Shown here piece by piece: positions 12,961-25,856 of a DNA stretch of 64,000 nucleotides. Source of the stretch: Rhina ancylostomus (Eukaryota); the NCBI GenBank assembly GCA_030265395.1, contig JARFYF010000119.1:6977222-7041221 (forward strand). Reading direction: 5' to 3'. Numbering within the stretch: the stretch's first letter is position 1; every line of letters starts with the position of its first letter. The notes beneath the pieces were generated by a model that was not told where the DNA came from, made no database searches, and saw nothing but the letters and a program-made list of their open reading frames with translations. The translations under genes were made by a program, and so were the position numbers.

Positions 12961-13559
12961 GTCAGATGGACCTACACCATTTTTGTTTTCTATCCAGCCG
13001 TTCCTTTGCTCCTAGGAGAAACAACAACTTAATCTTATATAATATATTATTGATTATGTGTGACCTCCCACTGGTGCTGGTCCCAAGCATGACCAGGATT
13101 AGATCATGCTGGTCCCATGATGAGTGCATTCAGAGCTTCTATACTTGCACATTGTGCATGCTCTGGAGTCAAATACTAGTGTATCTGACATCTCGCTCCA
13201 TCTCTGGACTCATCAGAGGGCCCAGAGGAATAGTTTTGGATTGTCCTGAGCTGATGCTTGAGTACTCTGTTTCTGCATCTCAACTTTACACACTTTAGCA
13301 TGGCCCCATTCATTTGGATGGGGTTGCCAAATCTCTCTGATCAGAGACGTTTAGAGACAATAAAAATGATCTTTAAAAGCACAAGCAGTCAGAAGACCAC
13401 CAGAATGATCTGAGGTGGGACCTTAGTTTGAACTTCTTGATGCCTTGTTGCCTCTCATGGAGTGGCTGGGGCAACGAGGTTTTGAGGAGATTGAAAGTTG
13501 CACAGACACAGGAAATAATTGCATGTGCATGACTTAATGCAAAAAACATACTCATGGAA

Positions 13560-13870
13560 CAATTCAGCTCATCAAAGTGAGGACAGTAAGAGAAATAAGG
13601 GCAGTGAGGTAATAGAGGGAACATTGAGGATGAGAACCAGAGGAAGGTGAGGAATGTGAGAAAGGTAGATTGGAATCAAGAGAAATGGGAGTAGGGACAA
13701 GAAAAAAATTGGAACAAAGGCATGGGAATTGGGAGTATCAAAGTAAAATGAAGGAAAGGGAGAATAAGAAGTGGGAGTAATGAAGAGACAAGGAGGTGAT
13801 AGGAAACATGAGAAAGTGAACATTACTGAGAGGAAGGATGATGAGGGAATATACTGAATAAATTGGGAAC
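13560..13870. repeat. Purine-rich low-complexity tract
   Basis: Strong A/G bias (gagaaatagg, gaggaagg...) without a fixed period. Confidence 0.55.
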
Positions 13871-14694
13871 AATCATGCCATACCAGTTTAGGCAAGATTT
13901 AAAAAAATAAACTTTAAATGTTTGGTATAAGGAAAAAGAAAATCTAAGTCTCTATAATATATTTTTTGAAGACGACAGAAGTTAGAAATCAATTTAGGAA
14001 TCAAGGAAATAAAATAATTGTGCTAAATCACTGTCACGCAACAAACTCAGAGAAAGATTCTACATTCTACACCTTTATTAATTAGAACCGTCACTGCATT
14101 TATATAAATTACAGTGTTGCTGGTTCTCTTACAACATTGCCAGTTTAACAATAGTATTATATATTAATCTATTTAAACCTGGTGGCATTGACTGGAAGTA
14201 TTGGCCCGGATTTTTCTGAGAAGTGCCGGCATTTCCAAGTGGAACTGCTGGCATTTCCTTCTGTTACTGTCAGGAAGCTGAGAGCTCCTTCCTGAACACA
14301 AAATCCCCAATCTTTCCAACAAGCTCTTGCTGGCAACAGTCAGATATTGGATTCTTCATAGGACTCTGTCAGTAGCGATCTGACTTCCTGCAATTTTCTA
14401 GCAGATACACTGTGAAATCTGCTCACTGAAGATATACTGTAGTAGGTTATGCCTGGCTCAGGTTCAGTGATTTAATTCACTTTAATCAAAAGCAGCAGGT
14501 ACAAGGGAGATGGGTAAGCTTCAGCTAATTTACTTTTTTTATAATTAATTAAGTTAACTTGTGTGTATTTAATTGTTTTGAGGGTGTTCTGATGTACTTA
14601 GATATTTTAGATTTTGCATATTTAATTTTTTATTGTTGTGATTGATCTTTAAAAGATTTAGCATGTTTATGAACTCAGTAGCTCTTCCATCGAT

Positions 14695-14800
14695 AAAAAA
14701 AATCTGGAAAAGGTCAGCGGGTTAGATAGCATCAGTGGAAAGAGAACAGTTAACGTTTCAGATCTGAGACCCTTCATCAGAACTGAGAAAGCGAGAGACA
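14695..14800 (-). mobile_element. Penelope-derived pLTR fragment carrying the hammerhead
   Basis: ctggaaaaggtcagcgggttagatagcatcagtggaaagagaacagttaacgtttcag.. shared with ends of Penelope remnants at 55.4 and 61.8 kb. Confidence 0.75.
14747..14785 (-). ncRNA. Minimal type I hammerhead ribozyme motif within a Penelope-derived fragment
   Basis: Minus-strand RNA CAGUU-CUGAUGA-A-GGGUC-UCA-GAUCU-GAA-AC-GUU/AACUG: stem I CAGUU/AACUG, intact CUGAUGA and GAAA boxes, 5-bp stem II with two G-U pairs, palindromic ACGU stem III, GUU cleavage triplet. Confidence 0.7.
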
Positions 14801-15429
14801 AAATTGTCAGTAGCTTTGCTTGCTGTTTTCCATTTACAGCTGGAAGGCCCCAAAGTGCACATGGCTTCACTGAACACCTCCAATTAAGTGTGGCTGTAGC
14901 GGTTAGAGGATGATTTCAGCCGATTTTATCAGATCAGAAAACGTAAAGGCTGCCTACACTCTCCCATCACATTTGCCACTCGAATTCTCTGCTCCCCTGA
15001 GCTAACTTGCAGATCTGGAAGGTAAACCTTTCTGGCTCACGCAGTTCTGGTGCAGTGGCAGAATCTCCATGATCATAGTCAGGTGATACAGCTGGGAGAG
15101 ATCCCACCCATGAAATATGAAAATCATTGACTGATGGCAAAGCCTTGCCCTCAGCTTTGCTGGCTGTCAAGTTTCAGGGGTTACCAATATTTCTAAGTGG
15201 AATTAGAAGTTTTTATTTGCAAATAAAGATTAACTGAAAGTGCTTCAAAACATTTTAAGTTAATGACAAAGAAACAACACAAAATATTATGTCTTGCCTT
15301 CCTTTCCCACAGCCCTACAGTACCCATTCAAATGAAAGGTCTAACCCAACACAAGATTGAGAACAGATTCCCCTGAAAGCAGCAAGCTTCTACTCTGCCT
15401 TTGGACTCCACAGGGAGTCCAGGAGAGGA

Positions 15430-15725
15430 CTGCAGTGTCACTGCTCCAGTGGCCTAGGTTTGATCCTGATCTAGGTTACTGCCTGTGTGGTGCATTCCCT
15501 GCTCTGGTTTCCTTCCACATCCCAAAAGTGTGCTAGCAGTTTAATGTAAATTGCCTCTCGTGTAGGTAAGTGGCAAACAAACAAAAGTGGGGTTGATGGG
15601 CATGAGAGTGAATAAGTTGCAGGACTATGGGGACATAAGAGGGGGAAATGGAATTAATGGGATTACTCTGTTAGGAGCCCATATATTTCCAGTTGGCTGT
15701 CTTGCCTCCTTCTGTGTTGTGAAAG
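15430..15725 (+). mobile_element. V-SINE copy
   Basis: ctaggtttgatcctgatct..gcctgtgtgg..ctggtttccttccacatcccaaa..tgtaaattgcctct, with CR1-like tail ctccttctgtgttgt. Confidence 0.7.
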
Positions 15726-16597
15726 TAACTATGCAGAATAGCCAGTGGAGCTTGGCTGGTTAGCTTCAGACTTTCTCATTTGTGTGGGAGTCTTGGACAC
15801 ACTGGCAACTTCAGGCAAAATACAGCAAAACCGAAGCTAGAAGTTTGAGCATGAAACTAGTTAACTGTGGATCCATTCACTTTAATTCAACATGTTATAA
15901 AAACCCTAATGTCACAATGTTGATCCAGAGCAAACTCACAGAGAACCCAAATGCAGCACACTGATACAAGACTGGAGTCAGNNNNNNNNNNNNNNNNNNN
16001 NNNNNNNNNNNNNNNNNNNNNNNNNNNNNNNNNNNNNNNNNNNNNNNNNNNNNNNNNNNNNNNNNNNNNNNNNNNNNNNNNACTCAGAACCATGACACCT
16101 AATAAATGCAAATATAATATTTAAACAAAGACATTTAATAATAACAGGGACATAGCTTTCAATTGGATAAGCTACTGCCAGAATAATCAGTTTACTTGTT
16201 GAAACATAAATAGTTGAAGCAATAGTGAAATCCTAGGACATTTTCCATGTAATTAATGCTGGAAAACATTGGCAAGAAACTGGACCGTGGCGTGTTCACT
16301 TTGCAACCTTTGCGGAAGTATAAAGTGGGCAACATGGGCTTGACTATCCCATGCCCAATGTGTAACAGCTACACTGAACTGGGCTGGTCAGGGGTCTCCA
16401 AAGGGCTCACCAGAAAGGAGCTGCACAGTATTAGGAATTCTCTGGAAATTCTCTTTAAAGGATTCAAACACAAAGGGTTAGTTAGTGATTTGTCCCTTTA
16501 GACTAATTTTGATTTTGAGCTTTTTTTCACCATTCCACAAATAGTTCCATCTTGGGAACAACCTGCTGAAGTTGTCAGTGGGAGAGCAGGTGCAGCT

Positions 16598-16960
16598 GGA
16601 GTCTAAATCAAGGCAAGGATGTTGTTTCCAGTAGCCTCAATCAAGGCAGTGTCAGTGATCCCTGTGGCCTAAACAATGGACAGTGCTCACTATGGCCCAA
16701 ATCAAGGTGCAGGCAGTGCTTGCCTCCCATGGCCCAGGTAATGCCAGTGCTCTCTGTGGCCCAATGAAGGCAAGGATGGTGTTCCCAGTGTCTGAACTCA
16801 AGGCAAGGATATTGTTCCCACTGGCCAAAACCAAGGTAAAGACATTGTTCCCAGTGGTCGAGGGAATAGCAGCGATCGCTGTAGGCAAATCAAAGCAATG
16901 AAATTGAGACTTGTACCCAAAGCAAGGCACAGACAATGCTGCCAGTGGCCCAAACCAATA
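16598..16960. repeat. Degenerate minisatellite, about 11-12 units of ~27-37 bp (mode 33)
   Basis: Consensus approximately tggcccaaatcaaggcaaggatgttgttcccag. Confidence 0.75.
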
Positions 16961-17119
16961 AGAGGGTTGTACTTTATCAGAAATATACTTCAAACATCAT
17001 TCCTGGTCATTAGTCATATAAACATCTACATTACAAAATAGTTACCTCCTCACTTAGGTTCCTGTAACTCACCATGATCACAAGACTGGTGTAATTGGTG
17101 ATTACATTTTATAAGTGCT

Positions 17120-17260
17120 TATGTATTTATGTATTTGTGTGATGTTGTATAAATGTTCATAAGTCAGAGAATGCATGTGTGTGCATTTATGTGTGTATTT
17201 GTGTGTATGCTTTTGTATGTGTGTGAATGTGAGGAAATATGCTTGTATGTTTGTACATCT
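17120..17260. repeat. Degenerate (GT)/(TATG) microsatellite
   Basis: atgtgtgtgcatttatgtgtgtatttgtgtgtatgc.. Confidence 0.6.
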
Positions 17261-17939
17261 GCATCATAAATTCTGATTTGGTGTGGTTATAAGAAAATAA
17301 TTGCTTTTCAAGCTAGAAAGTAATTGCTAATATTTGTTCAACACATATGGCTAGAATGGAAAACTATTAAAGGAGCTGTTACTGTTTTTGGTTTCCTTGT
17401 TTAACTGACTGACATAAGTCAGGAAATATATAAGGAGAAATGCAAGTTCTTGTTCCATCTTTCAAAGCATGTCAAACAGCGTGACCAAGAATAATTGCAG
17501 AGACTGCATCTTAAGACAGGTCATGTCAAAAAGACCAAGGGCTGGGGAAGCAATTGGATACCTTTATCTCTTGTGTCGCAGCAGGCAGTGTCAAAGAAGC
17601 CTGATTCTATTTCCAGATTAAATATTTATGCTGTGTTTGCATTTTACTGGTGCCCTGATTAGATGTTGGGATGAATTGTGCTGCAGTGAATGTAAAACCA
17701 ACAGGGGGATGTGACAAATAAAGACAAACGAGTAACTGGTAAATTGCAGAGAATATGTAGCTACGCAGTACTGGTGAATAATGCATTTTTGTTGAGCTCA
17801 TTTTGTGATTCATCTCAAAGCCATATCTGGGTCTAAATGTTCTATTTGGTTGGTGTCAGTGCTGTCCCCAGTGAGGCAGAATGCAAATAGATTGCTTTGT
17901 TTTTTTATTTCTCACTCAACACCCTCAGCCTTGTCTATC

Positions 17940-18246
17940 AGTGGAGAGGGTTGGGGTGGAGGAGGAACATTGGCCAGGACACCTTCCTGCTCTTTTCTCC
18001 AAAAAAATATACCACCACAATGTGTTACCATTTACCACAGTGAGGAACTTGCATTGTGGTTAAACATAGCATATAGTTGTCCACCTCTCCGGCTGTGGAA
18101 ATTGTCATTCCTGCTGTTTTTACCTGGTTTCTGCAGATATTCCACCAAAGTCATTGGGAAGCTCCATCCTCTATCTCTGTCAGTACTGCACTGAACTACT
18201 GGCCAGTGATAAATCCTCAAATCCAAGCATTGAACCTTACACCCTG
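17940..18246 (-). mobile_element. Decayed Deu-domain SINE
   Basis: attggccaggacaccttcctgctctttt (Deu core) and cagtactgcactgaact..attgaacc. Confidence 0.55.
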
Positions 18247-18969
18247 NNNNNNNNNNNNNNNNNNNNNNNNNNNNNNNNNNNNNNNNNNNNNNNNNNNNNN
18301 NNNNNNNNNNNNNNNNNNNNNNNNNNNNNNNNNNNNNNNNNNNNNNNNNNNNNNNNNNNNNNNNNNNNNNNNNNNNNNNNNNNNNNNNNNNNNNNNNNNN
18401 NNNNNNNNNNNNNNNNNNNNNNNNNNNNNNNNNNNNNNNNNNNNNNNNNNNNNNNNNNNNNNNNNNNNNNNNNNNNNNNNNNNNNNNNNNNNNNNNNNNN
18501 NNNNNNNNNNNNNNNNNNNNNNNNNNNNNNNNNNNNNNNNNNNNNNNNNNNNNNNNNNNNNNNNNNNNNNNNNNNNNNNNNNNNNNNNNNNNNNNNNNNN
18601 NNNNNNNNNNNNNNNNNNNNNGATTGGCAGAGTCTTTTTTGAATGTTGTGTGCCCATATAATTTGCTCAAAATAGCAGCTAACAAAACAAAGGTATTTTG
18701 GACAAACAATGTAATGAAAAACAGCTTGTCCAGAAATACTTTTTAAAACAGTGAAAATATTTTTTTTCACATTCCTCTTCTTCCTGGGTGGTTGCATTGG
18801 AAACGTTGGTGTTGTTTCACAGCTGCGTCCTCTTTTGGGGTGGCCAGATGAGGAGGGGGAGGGGACTTGAAGCCACCCCCTTCCCCAAGAAAGTACATAG
18901 TCAAGACACATCACCAAGGATTTGTGGGTCAGTCACATCTAAAATGGAGCAAATTACATCATCGGCACC

Positions 18970-19860
18970 CTCTAGGTGGCAGTGCAGGTTGTGAGGAGGA
19001 TTTAGAGAGACCTATTGGATGGTCAAAGACGTGGCAAGAAGAATATAATGTGGAAAAAATGTGTGGTCATCCACTTAAGCAGAAGTAATATAAAGGTGAA
19101 ATACTTTTTTAAAAGGTGAAGATCAAAAAATGTTATATGAACTTGCATACCGTTGTACACAGATCACTGAAAGCTACACTGCGGCTTCAGCAGGCAATTA
19201 AGAAAATAAATGCTGTTTTAGACTTTGTTGTAAGTAGGTCTGAGTATGAGTATTGAAATGTCTTCCTCCAATTGTATACCTGGTGAAACTGCATCTGGAA
19301 TATACTGTACAGATCTGGTCTCCTTACCTAAGTGAATATATGCATTCGATAGAGGGAGTGTAGCAAAATTCACCATAATTCCTGGCATGGTGGGTTTGTT
19401 GCATGAAGGGAGACTAGCAGTCTAGATTTGTATTCTCTGGAGTTTAGAGCTTAGAAGAATAAGAGGTGATCTTATTGAAATGTACAGAAGTCTGAAGGGC
19501 TTTGACAAAGTAAGTGCGGAGTTGATGGTGAGGTGTCTGGAACCAGGGGTCACAGTCCAAAAATAACCAATTGTTGCTAAGGGGGACAGAAGGCACAGAA
19601 ATAAAAGAAGGTACTCCAGGTTATTGAAGTAACAGAAGGTACCCAGAAATTTCTTTGCACAGAAGGTAGTGAGTCTTTGGACCTTGCAACCCAAGAGGGT
19701 TGTAGAGGCTCAGTATATTTGTGAAAGAGATTGATAGATTTTTATATTTTAAGGTGATCAAGGAATATGGGGCTAGTGGAAGAAAGTGGTACCAAGATCT
19801 AATTGAATAGCAGAGCAGGCACAAGGGACAGTATAGCATCCTCCTGTTCATATTTTTTGA
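18970..19860 (+). mobile_element. CR1 LINE 3' portion
   Basis: WSKTWQEEYNVEK, LHLEYTVQIWSPYL, LRRIRGDLIEMY motifs; 3' UTR gatctaattgaatagcagagcaggcacaaggg. Confidence 0.88.
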
Positions 19861-21359
19861 TGTTATTCTATCCTTGAGAAGAAAGAGTAAAACTTCATTG
19901 AGTTCTTTCAGACAATTGAAACTACAATGTGACTATAAGCCTGTGCTGATGGTTCAAAGACTTAGGCCAAGAAGTACAAATGTTTTTAAATCAGAGAAAT
20001 TGGTATTAATGGTTTTCTAGAGATGGTTATGCATTGCTTTGCAATTTCTGTAATGGGTTCTGGCAACTCTGTATCAGCATTTTGGCTGCAGGCAGTGAGG
20101 ACTGATTATTTATAGACTGACAATTGACAATATTTCAATGCATAAAACTTTTGATTTGCATATTCATCCAAAGTTTGATTAAAAATTTCAGATTAGAAGC
20201 AACTACTTTCAGCAAAACCACATTGGGAAGGATATTTTTCCTTTTTTAACTGAGGGGATTCTGTTGATTCTAGAAAAAATTTTCTTTTTATTCTTTAAAA
20301 ATAAACGAGGCTTCAATGAAAGTAGCATCAGAATTAACGATATTCAAGGGCATAAAGAACAACATATTTCTGGATTTCGAGGAGCCATACAATTCTGCAA
20401 ACCATTAATCTATATCAATAATGTTAATTAGGTTATAAAATTATACAGGAGCTGACCTGGAGTTGTGTTAATCTGGCAATGTGCATCTCCATTAACTGGT
20501 AGGGTTTCACCTATTTTGTTCTGTACATTGCACTCTTTAGACCACTGTCAATAAGCCAGGTGAGGGAGGAATGGAATAGCATTTCCCACTGAGTTGAACA
20601 AGGTAGTTTCCGTGATCCTTTCTGTATCCTCAACTATGCCCCTTTCCGTGCTTTCTCTTAACAATTTCAGTGCGTTTCTGCATTGAGCCTGACTGAAATA
20701 CTGAGCAGGAATGCTACCAAACACATACATGCTGCTTCAGAAGAATATGTTTTTTTTAAACAGTTCAGTGATAGTGGCTTGGAATAAAGTTAAGGGAAAG
20801 GATTTCTGCTCTAGTAACAAAACAATTCCCTGTACCCATGTGGATAGTTTTGCTGGCTTTTTTCTACCCTAATTTTTTATATTTTCCACACCTCGTGATG
20901 GAATAATTTTTCTGCATTAATCCTCAAGGACCAATTTAATGTCATAAAGATAAAAATAAGATATGAGTAATCAGGAATGGAAAATCATCACTGTGAATGA
21001 CACACTTGAATTGCATGGTGGTATTATATCCTTCAAGTTGTGTTGTGTCTCCTCTTAAGGATATCTACCATATTTAAATCTGTATCCATTGTATTTCCTG
21101 TTCAGTCCTGGTTCTGAGCATTGTTGCAGTGGCCTAGACACTCAGTACTAGGGACCAAGAAATTGTGGAGCAATGTGGATACTGAGGAATGTGTTGGTCA
21201 GCCACTGTTGCAAGAGGGACGAATAGAAAATTCAATGAGGAAAATTATTCTCCAGTAACCACTTGTCACCTTCTTTGATATTGGAGTGGAGCTAAAGTTG
21301 AAAGAGTTACTGCTTACTCATGTTGGAGGAGCTGATAACAGAAGAGGCTTCTTTTTTCC

Positions 21360-21690
21360 CCTATCTCTGTAATCTCCTCCAGCTCATCTACCCTCTGAGA
21401 TCTCTTTCCTGCTCCAATTTTGGTCTTCTGGGTTATTTCTGTATTAAATCACCCCACCATTGGTAACTGTGCCTTCAGTTACAAAAGCTCTGGAAATGTC
21501 TCCCTATACTTCTCTGCCTCTCTATCTTCCTTCTTTCCTTTAAGATGTTCCTGGAAAGCTATCTCTTTGACCAAGCTTTTGATCATCTGCCTTAATAGCT
21601 TCTCGTGCAGCTCAATAGCAAATTTTATTTTTCAATGCCTCAAATCTATATAGTGTGTTAAAGCACAATATAAATTCAAGATTAAGCTGT
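21360..21690 (+). mobile_element. L2 LINE 3' end
   Basis: ctctgtaatctcctccagc..caccattggtaactgtgccttcag..ctctttgaccaagctttt..tatataaattcaag-like tail. Confidence 0.7.
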
Positions 21691-22539
21691 TATTAGATGG
21701 TAGAAAGAAACTTAAAAGTGAGGGGCACCCTTTGTAAAAAGAACTTTTTTAATCTTTCAAGTCATTGTCTTTTCATTAAGGAAGTGATGAGTATGAGGAA
21801 CCAAAAGATTGTGGAGCAAATCCAATGTACCCTAACCCTTAACAAAGGCAATCAAGATATAGACATGTATAGATAATTAGAAATATGTATAAAAGCAGTG
21901 AGAAGTATGAAGATGGACACATAACACAAAATGAAAAGAATGTCCCCTTCATTCCACACTTAAGGAAATGTTCCTCTGGAGGATATGGGTCTACAAGTCC
22001 TTCCTGACAACTCAAAGGTTCAGCTGTTCTTGTTACTGCTGTTTTAGCTGTGAAACTATGCGTATAATAAATGAGTTTTCACTTCAGGTGGCAGTCTTAT
22101 AGCTGGATCCTTTAGCAAATTGTAGCTGTCCAAAATCATGACCCCAGAAAGGAAGGGAAAGAGATTAGACACGGTGTACTGAAAGTCAGCTAGTGGCACT
22201 GGTTCTGTCTGGTGAGTGACACAGATGGGAAGATCAGCCCTCCAGTCTCAGAAGTGGGGAAGCAAAGACTTGCCACCACCACATTTTTCTTTGCAAATTA
22301 TGTAAACTTCATCCCACAACAGAAACCATGAAAATCATAATAACTGGCCAGCTCCAAGTGCAATGTATATTTTCAGATAGTATCATGCACTAAGAAAGCA
22401 ATGGCAAATTTGTATCAGCACCATATATATATGTGTCAATGAAATACTAACAACAGGTGCCTGTGCTTAAACCTGAAAATATTTAGGTTCAATCATAACT
22501 GAACTAAAACAGGTTCTATCCCCTCTTTCATCAATTCTT

Positions 22540-22755
22540 CTGTTATCCACCAAAACCAGAGGTAATTTACATTAGCTAATTAAACTACCAGCCAGCACAT
22601 CTTTGGCATGTGGGAGGAAACCAGAGCTCCTTAGGGAAACCCATATGGCCACAGGGAGAATGTTGAAATTCCATCAATCAACACCCAAGATTGAAATAAG
22701 GTCTTTGGAGCAAAGAGGCAGCAGTGCTAACTGCTTCATCGCTATGCCACCCATT
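22540..22755 (-). mobile_element. V-SINE copy
   Basis: gcacatctttggcatgtgggaggaaaccagagc..cacagggagaatg..gaggcagcagtgctaactgc. Confidence 0.8.
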
Positions 22756-23194
22756 TTGCAACTCAGATATGGAAATTGTCTGTGAACTAGTTTCCCAACA
22801 TATTTCAGTGTGGAATGTCTTGTACAGGATGAGTTTCATTTGGGGTCACACTCTTCTGTATTTGCAGAACGTAAGTAGAAAAGGCCATTCCTGGGGACTG
22901 TTGAGAGCGCTCATTGAGAAAATGGCCAGGATTTCCCATCCAGAAGCTGTAAACCCACCACTAAGTTATGATTCTAAGACGATTGATGGAGTTGAACTGA
23001 ATTCTTATCTTTTTAAATTATGAATTTGGTTCCACTAAATCGTGTGTTGATGATTGAACAAAGTGTTCTTTCCCAGACATCTTCAATGCATGTTCATGCT
23101 TCCCATTCAGTTCCAAGTAGTCACATCATTGCAAACCTTCGGTGATAGAGAACAAGCTGGTAAGGATGCAGAGAGTAGCCACAGAAACACTCAT

Positions 23195-23330
23195 CTTGTC
23201 TAACATGGTTGAGTTTCACCCTCCAATGCAATGTGGAGAATCTACCAACTCCACAGAGACAGCACCAGGATTGAACCCAGGTTGCTGAAGTTGTGAGGCA
23301 GCAGCTCTACTCACTATGCCATTGTGCCAA
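23195..23330 (-). mobile_element. V-SINE 5' fragment
   Basis: aactccacagagacagcaccaggattgaacccaggttgctgaagttgtgaggcagcagctctac. Confidence 0.7.
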
Positions 23331-23897
23331 CTATATTTATTTGATAAACCAGGCAAAATACCAAGTGATACATATGGTCCACAATACATCATGTGGAAGT
23401 CAAGCATTTCCTGCTGTCTACTGCAGAAATAATATCGTCCTCAGAACATGAAACAATAAATTCAAATGAGCATTAAATTGGTTAATAACCAGAGACATCT
23501 TACAGCATTTGAAGTCCAGGGTGTTCCTTTGAAATAACTTTTCAATGGTTACAGAATCAAACACACAGGAATTCTGTAGGTGAATGATTTTAAGCACAAT
23601 TCCCTTCACTATTCCATTAGTGTAATCCATTACTTTTGGAGCCTTCTTCCAGTGAGATTTAGAATGAGTGACATTTTAATCCTTTAAGCAGCCATCACGC
23701 CATTTGTTGTGTTTATGAAATCTCTACTTATTCAGCACGTAGGATTCAGCAAGTATCTCTGTTTACAGTGTATTTCCAATGACAATCTTCAACAGGGAGT
23801 TCTGGACAGCTTTCAGACTACCCAGGATTCTTAAAAATGCTATATTAATGCATATTCAATCTTTCTCTCTTATAGTAACATTCCAAGTCAAGATATA

Positions 23898-24177
23898 CTC
23901 CAGCAAAATTACAGGATTATTGCAGTTTCCAAGCTGTTATCACCACAAATGGCAGTGATTTTCAAATACCAGTCCCTGGTTCACACTTGAAAATGAGCTG
24001 ATTGGGGTACCTGCATGAGCATTGTGCATCAGTGATCTGGCAAGGTGCCAGCCAATCCATGTTCCACTGCCACATTTTACAGGTGTGAATCAGTGTAGTG
24101 GTATTTGAAAACTACTTCTGTTTCTAGTGCTAAAGGTTAGGTCCTGCAACAGCTTGAAAATGTGTTGGCAGCTGGAG
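23898..24177. mobile_element. Fold-back (MITE-like) palindromic element, ~280 bp
   Basis: Nested inverted arms ctccagc/gctggag, tttccaagctgtt/aacagcttgaaaa, and ttttcaaataccagtccctggttcacacttgaaaatg (23959-23995) against 24073-24111. Confidence 0.7.
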
Positions 24178-24364
24178 AAAATTNNNNNNNNNNNNNNNNN
24201 NNNNNNNNNNNNNNNNNNNNNNNNNNNNNNNNNNNNNNNNNNNNNNNNNNNNNNNNNNNNNNNNNNNNNNNNNNNNNNNNNNNAAAATTCAAATAATTAA
24301 ATAAGTTAGGAAGCAAAAGGCTGTTACCAATAATGGTGACCAGAGAGCTCCCAAATTATTGTTA

Positions 24365-24525
24365 AAAAGAACATTGATTCACTAATGTCCTTCAGGAAAG
24401 GAAATCTGCTATTTTTACTCTATTTGCCTATTTGTCTATGTGACTCTAAGGCTACCAATGATGATGATCCCTAACTGCAGGGATGATTAGGGATGGACTG
24501 TAAATGGCAGTATTGTTGATGCCGA
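24365..24525 (+). mobile_element. SINE fragment with CR1-like 3' tail
   Basis: ttcactaatgtccttcaggaaaggaaatctgc..atgtgactc..attagggatggactgtaaatggc; tail resembles the reverse complement of the LINE ends at 30.6 and 51.8 kb. Confidence 0.55.
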
Positions 24526-25856
24526 TATGCAGTGGATGAGTACATTCTGTATTTATGATTGATGATGCTGAAAGGGTAAGTATTGGCCTGGGTTGACTAC
24601 TACTGCCTCTCTGTAAGGTGTCGCGGGGTCGTGTACTGTGCCACACAAAGCTGCATCTGAAACCTCAGCATCCTATTGGAATTCTTCCAGCCTCTTCACA
24701 CATCATCCTACAGCTCCACACTCTTCCTTTCCTACCTTAGTAGTGGAAAGAAAAGATCTTTTCCCGTTGAGTTTCTGGGAATTGTAATAAGCAACAGTAA
24801 CATTCGACCTTTCTTTCCCTTCATGAACAGCGAGCATCCTTCAGTAAGCACAATTCACAATGGCAGCCCTCCCAGCTCGTGAGTGTGACTAGTAAGCTGG
24901 AAGAGACTGACTTACTCACCTTTTCTCCAACCCATTCCACCAGGCAGCCATTACCTTCACCTCACACGGGATTTGGGCCATGGAAGTAAAATTGATCCTG
25001 CTGTGTTAAAATACGGGAGTGTACATGAGTCATTCCTAAACCCAAAACAGTCTGAATATACGAAAGGGAACAATACAGTGCAGTATCTTTCCACTCCAGG
25101 CACACTGGCAGGGAGGAGAAATATCAGAAAAAGTGATATTAATATAACATGCAAGAGCCAGGAAAAGCTGTGACAAAGAAAAGCTGCAGATGAGAGAAAA
25201 AAAGTTATCAGATCGCAAGCTTTTCCTTGTACTGTCAAAAGAGTAGCATTTGAAGCAACTTCCAGGATATTGAAGTTGTTCAATTTTTGGTCAGAATTGA
25301 CCTTTAAGTTGAGGTAACGTCTGCTGCAAAGAAAAGTATTGAGATAGATTCATGATGGAGATGGAATGGGACAGAACAAAATGGAAATAAAATCCATTGA
25401 AAATAAGCACTTGAAGCTGTTTGAGAGCATTGAAAGATTTATCACCACTATTGTTGCCTTTGATGGTCAGTAAAATGAGGGGCAGAAGATTGCTTGCCTT
25501 CTTTATAAGTTGTTTTCTTTTCCATTGAAGCCATTCAGAACAAGATATGGCAGAGGCACTACAATTGTAATGCTAATGTAGCAGAAAGGTGGTTGAGATT
25601 GAAACATCGCTAAACTAATCCCAGTGTCCTGCTCACTTCTGATGGAGAAACCAGAGCCATTCAGCCCATTGTATTCTGCTGGCTCTTTGCTAAACCAGGA
25701 CAAAGGAGGTCAATCAAATCAAATGAGCTTGTAAATTTAGAGGGATCACAAATTGCTCTGTCAGTGCTGAAGTCGATATGAAATCTATAAGAGAATGAAA
25801 TTGTCATAAAAGCAAGAACAGTTTTTAAAAATTGTTTCTTTTTTTCTCCCCTACAG

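Noticed and set aside
16598-16960. CRISPR-like appearance of ~33-bp repeats
   Set aside because: Units are adjacent and degenerate with no unique spacers, there are no cas genes, and the DNA is vertebrate.
24600-24970. Minus-strand donor aag|gtgagt near 24920 and a possible Myb/SANT-like transposon remnant
   Set aside because: No matching acceptor or sustained frame; protein resemblance too weak to call.
1-25856. Penultimate DOK6 exon (expected ..LPRSAYWHHIT..)
   Set aside because: Not found by eye; probably upstream of the window or inside a gap.
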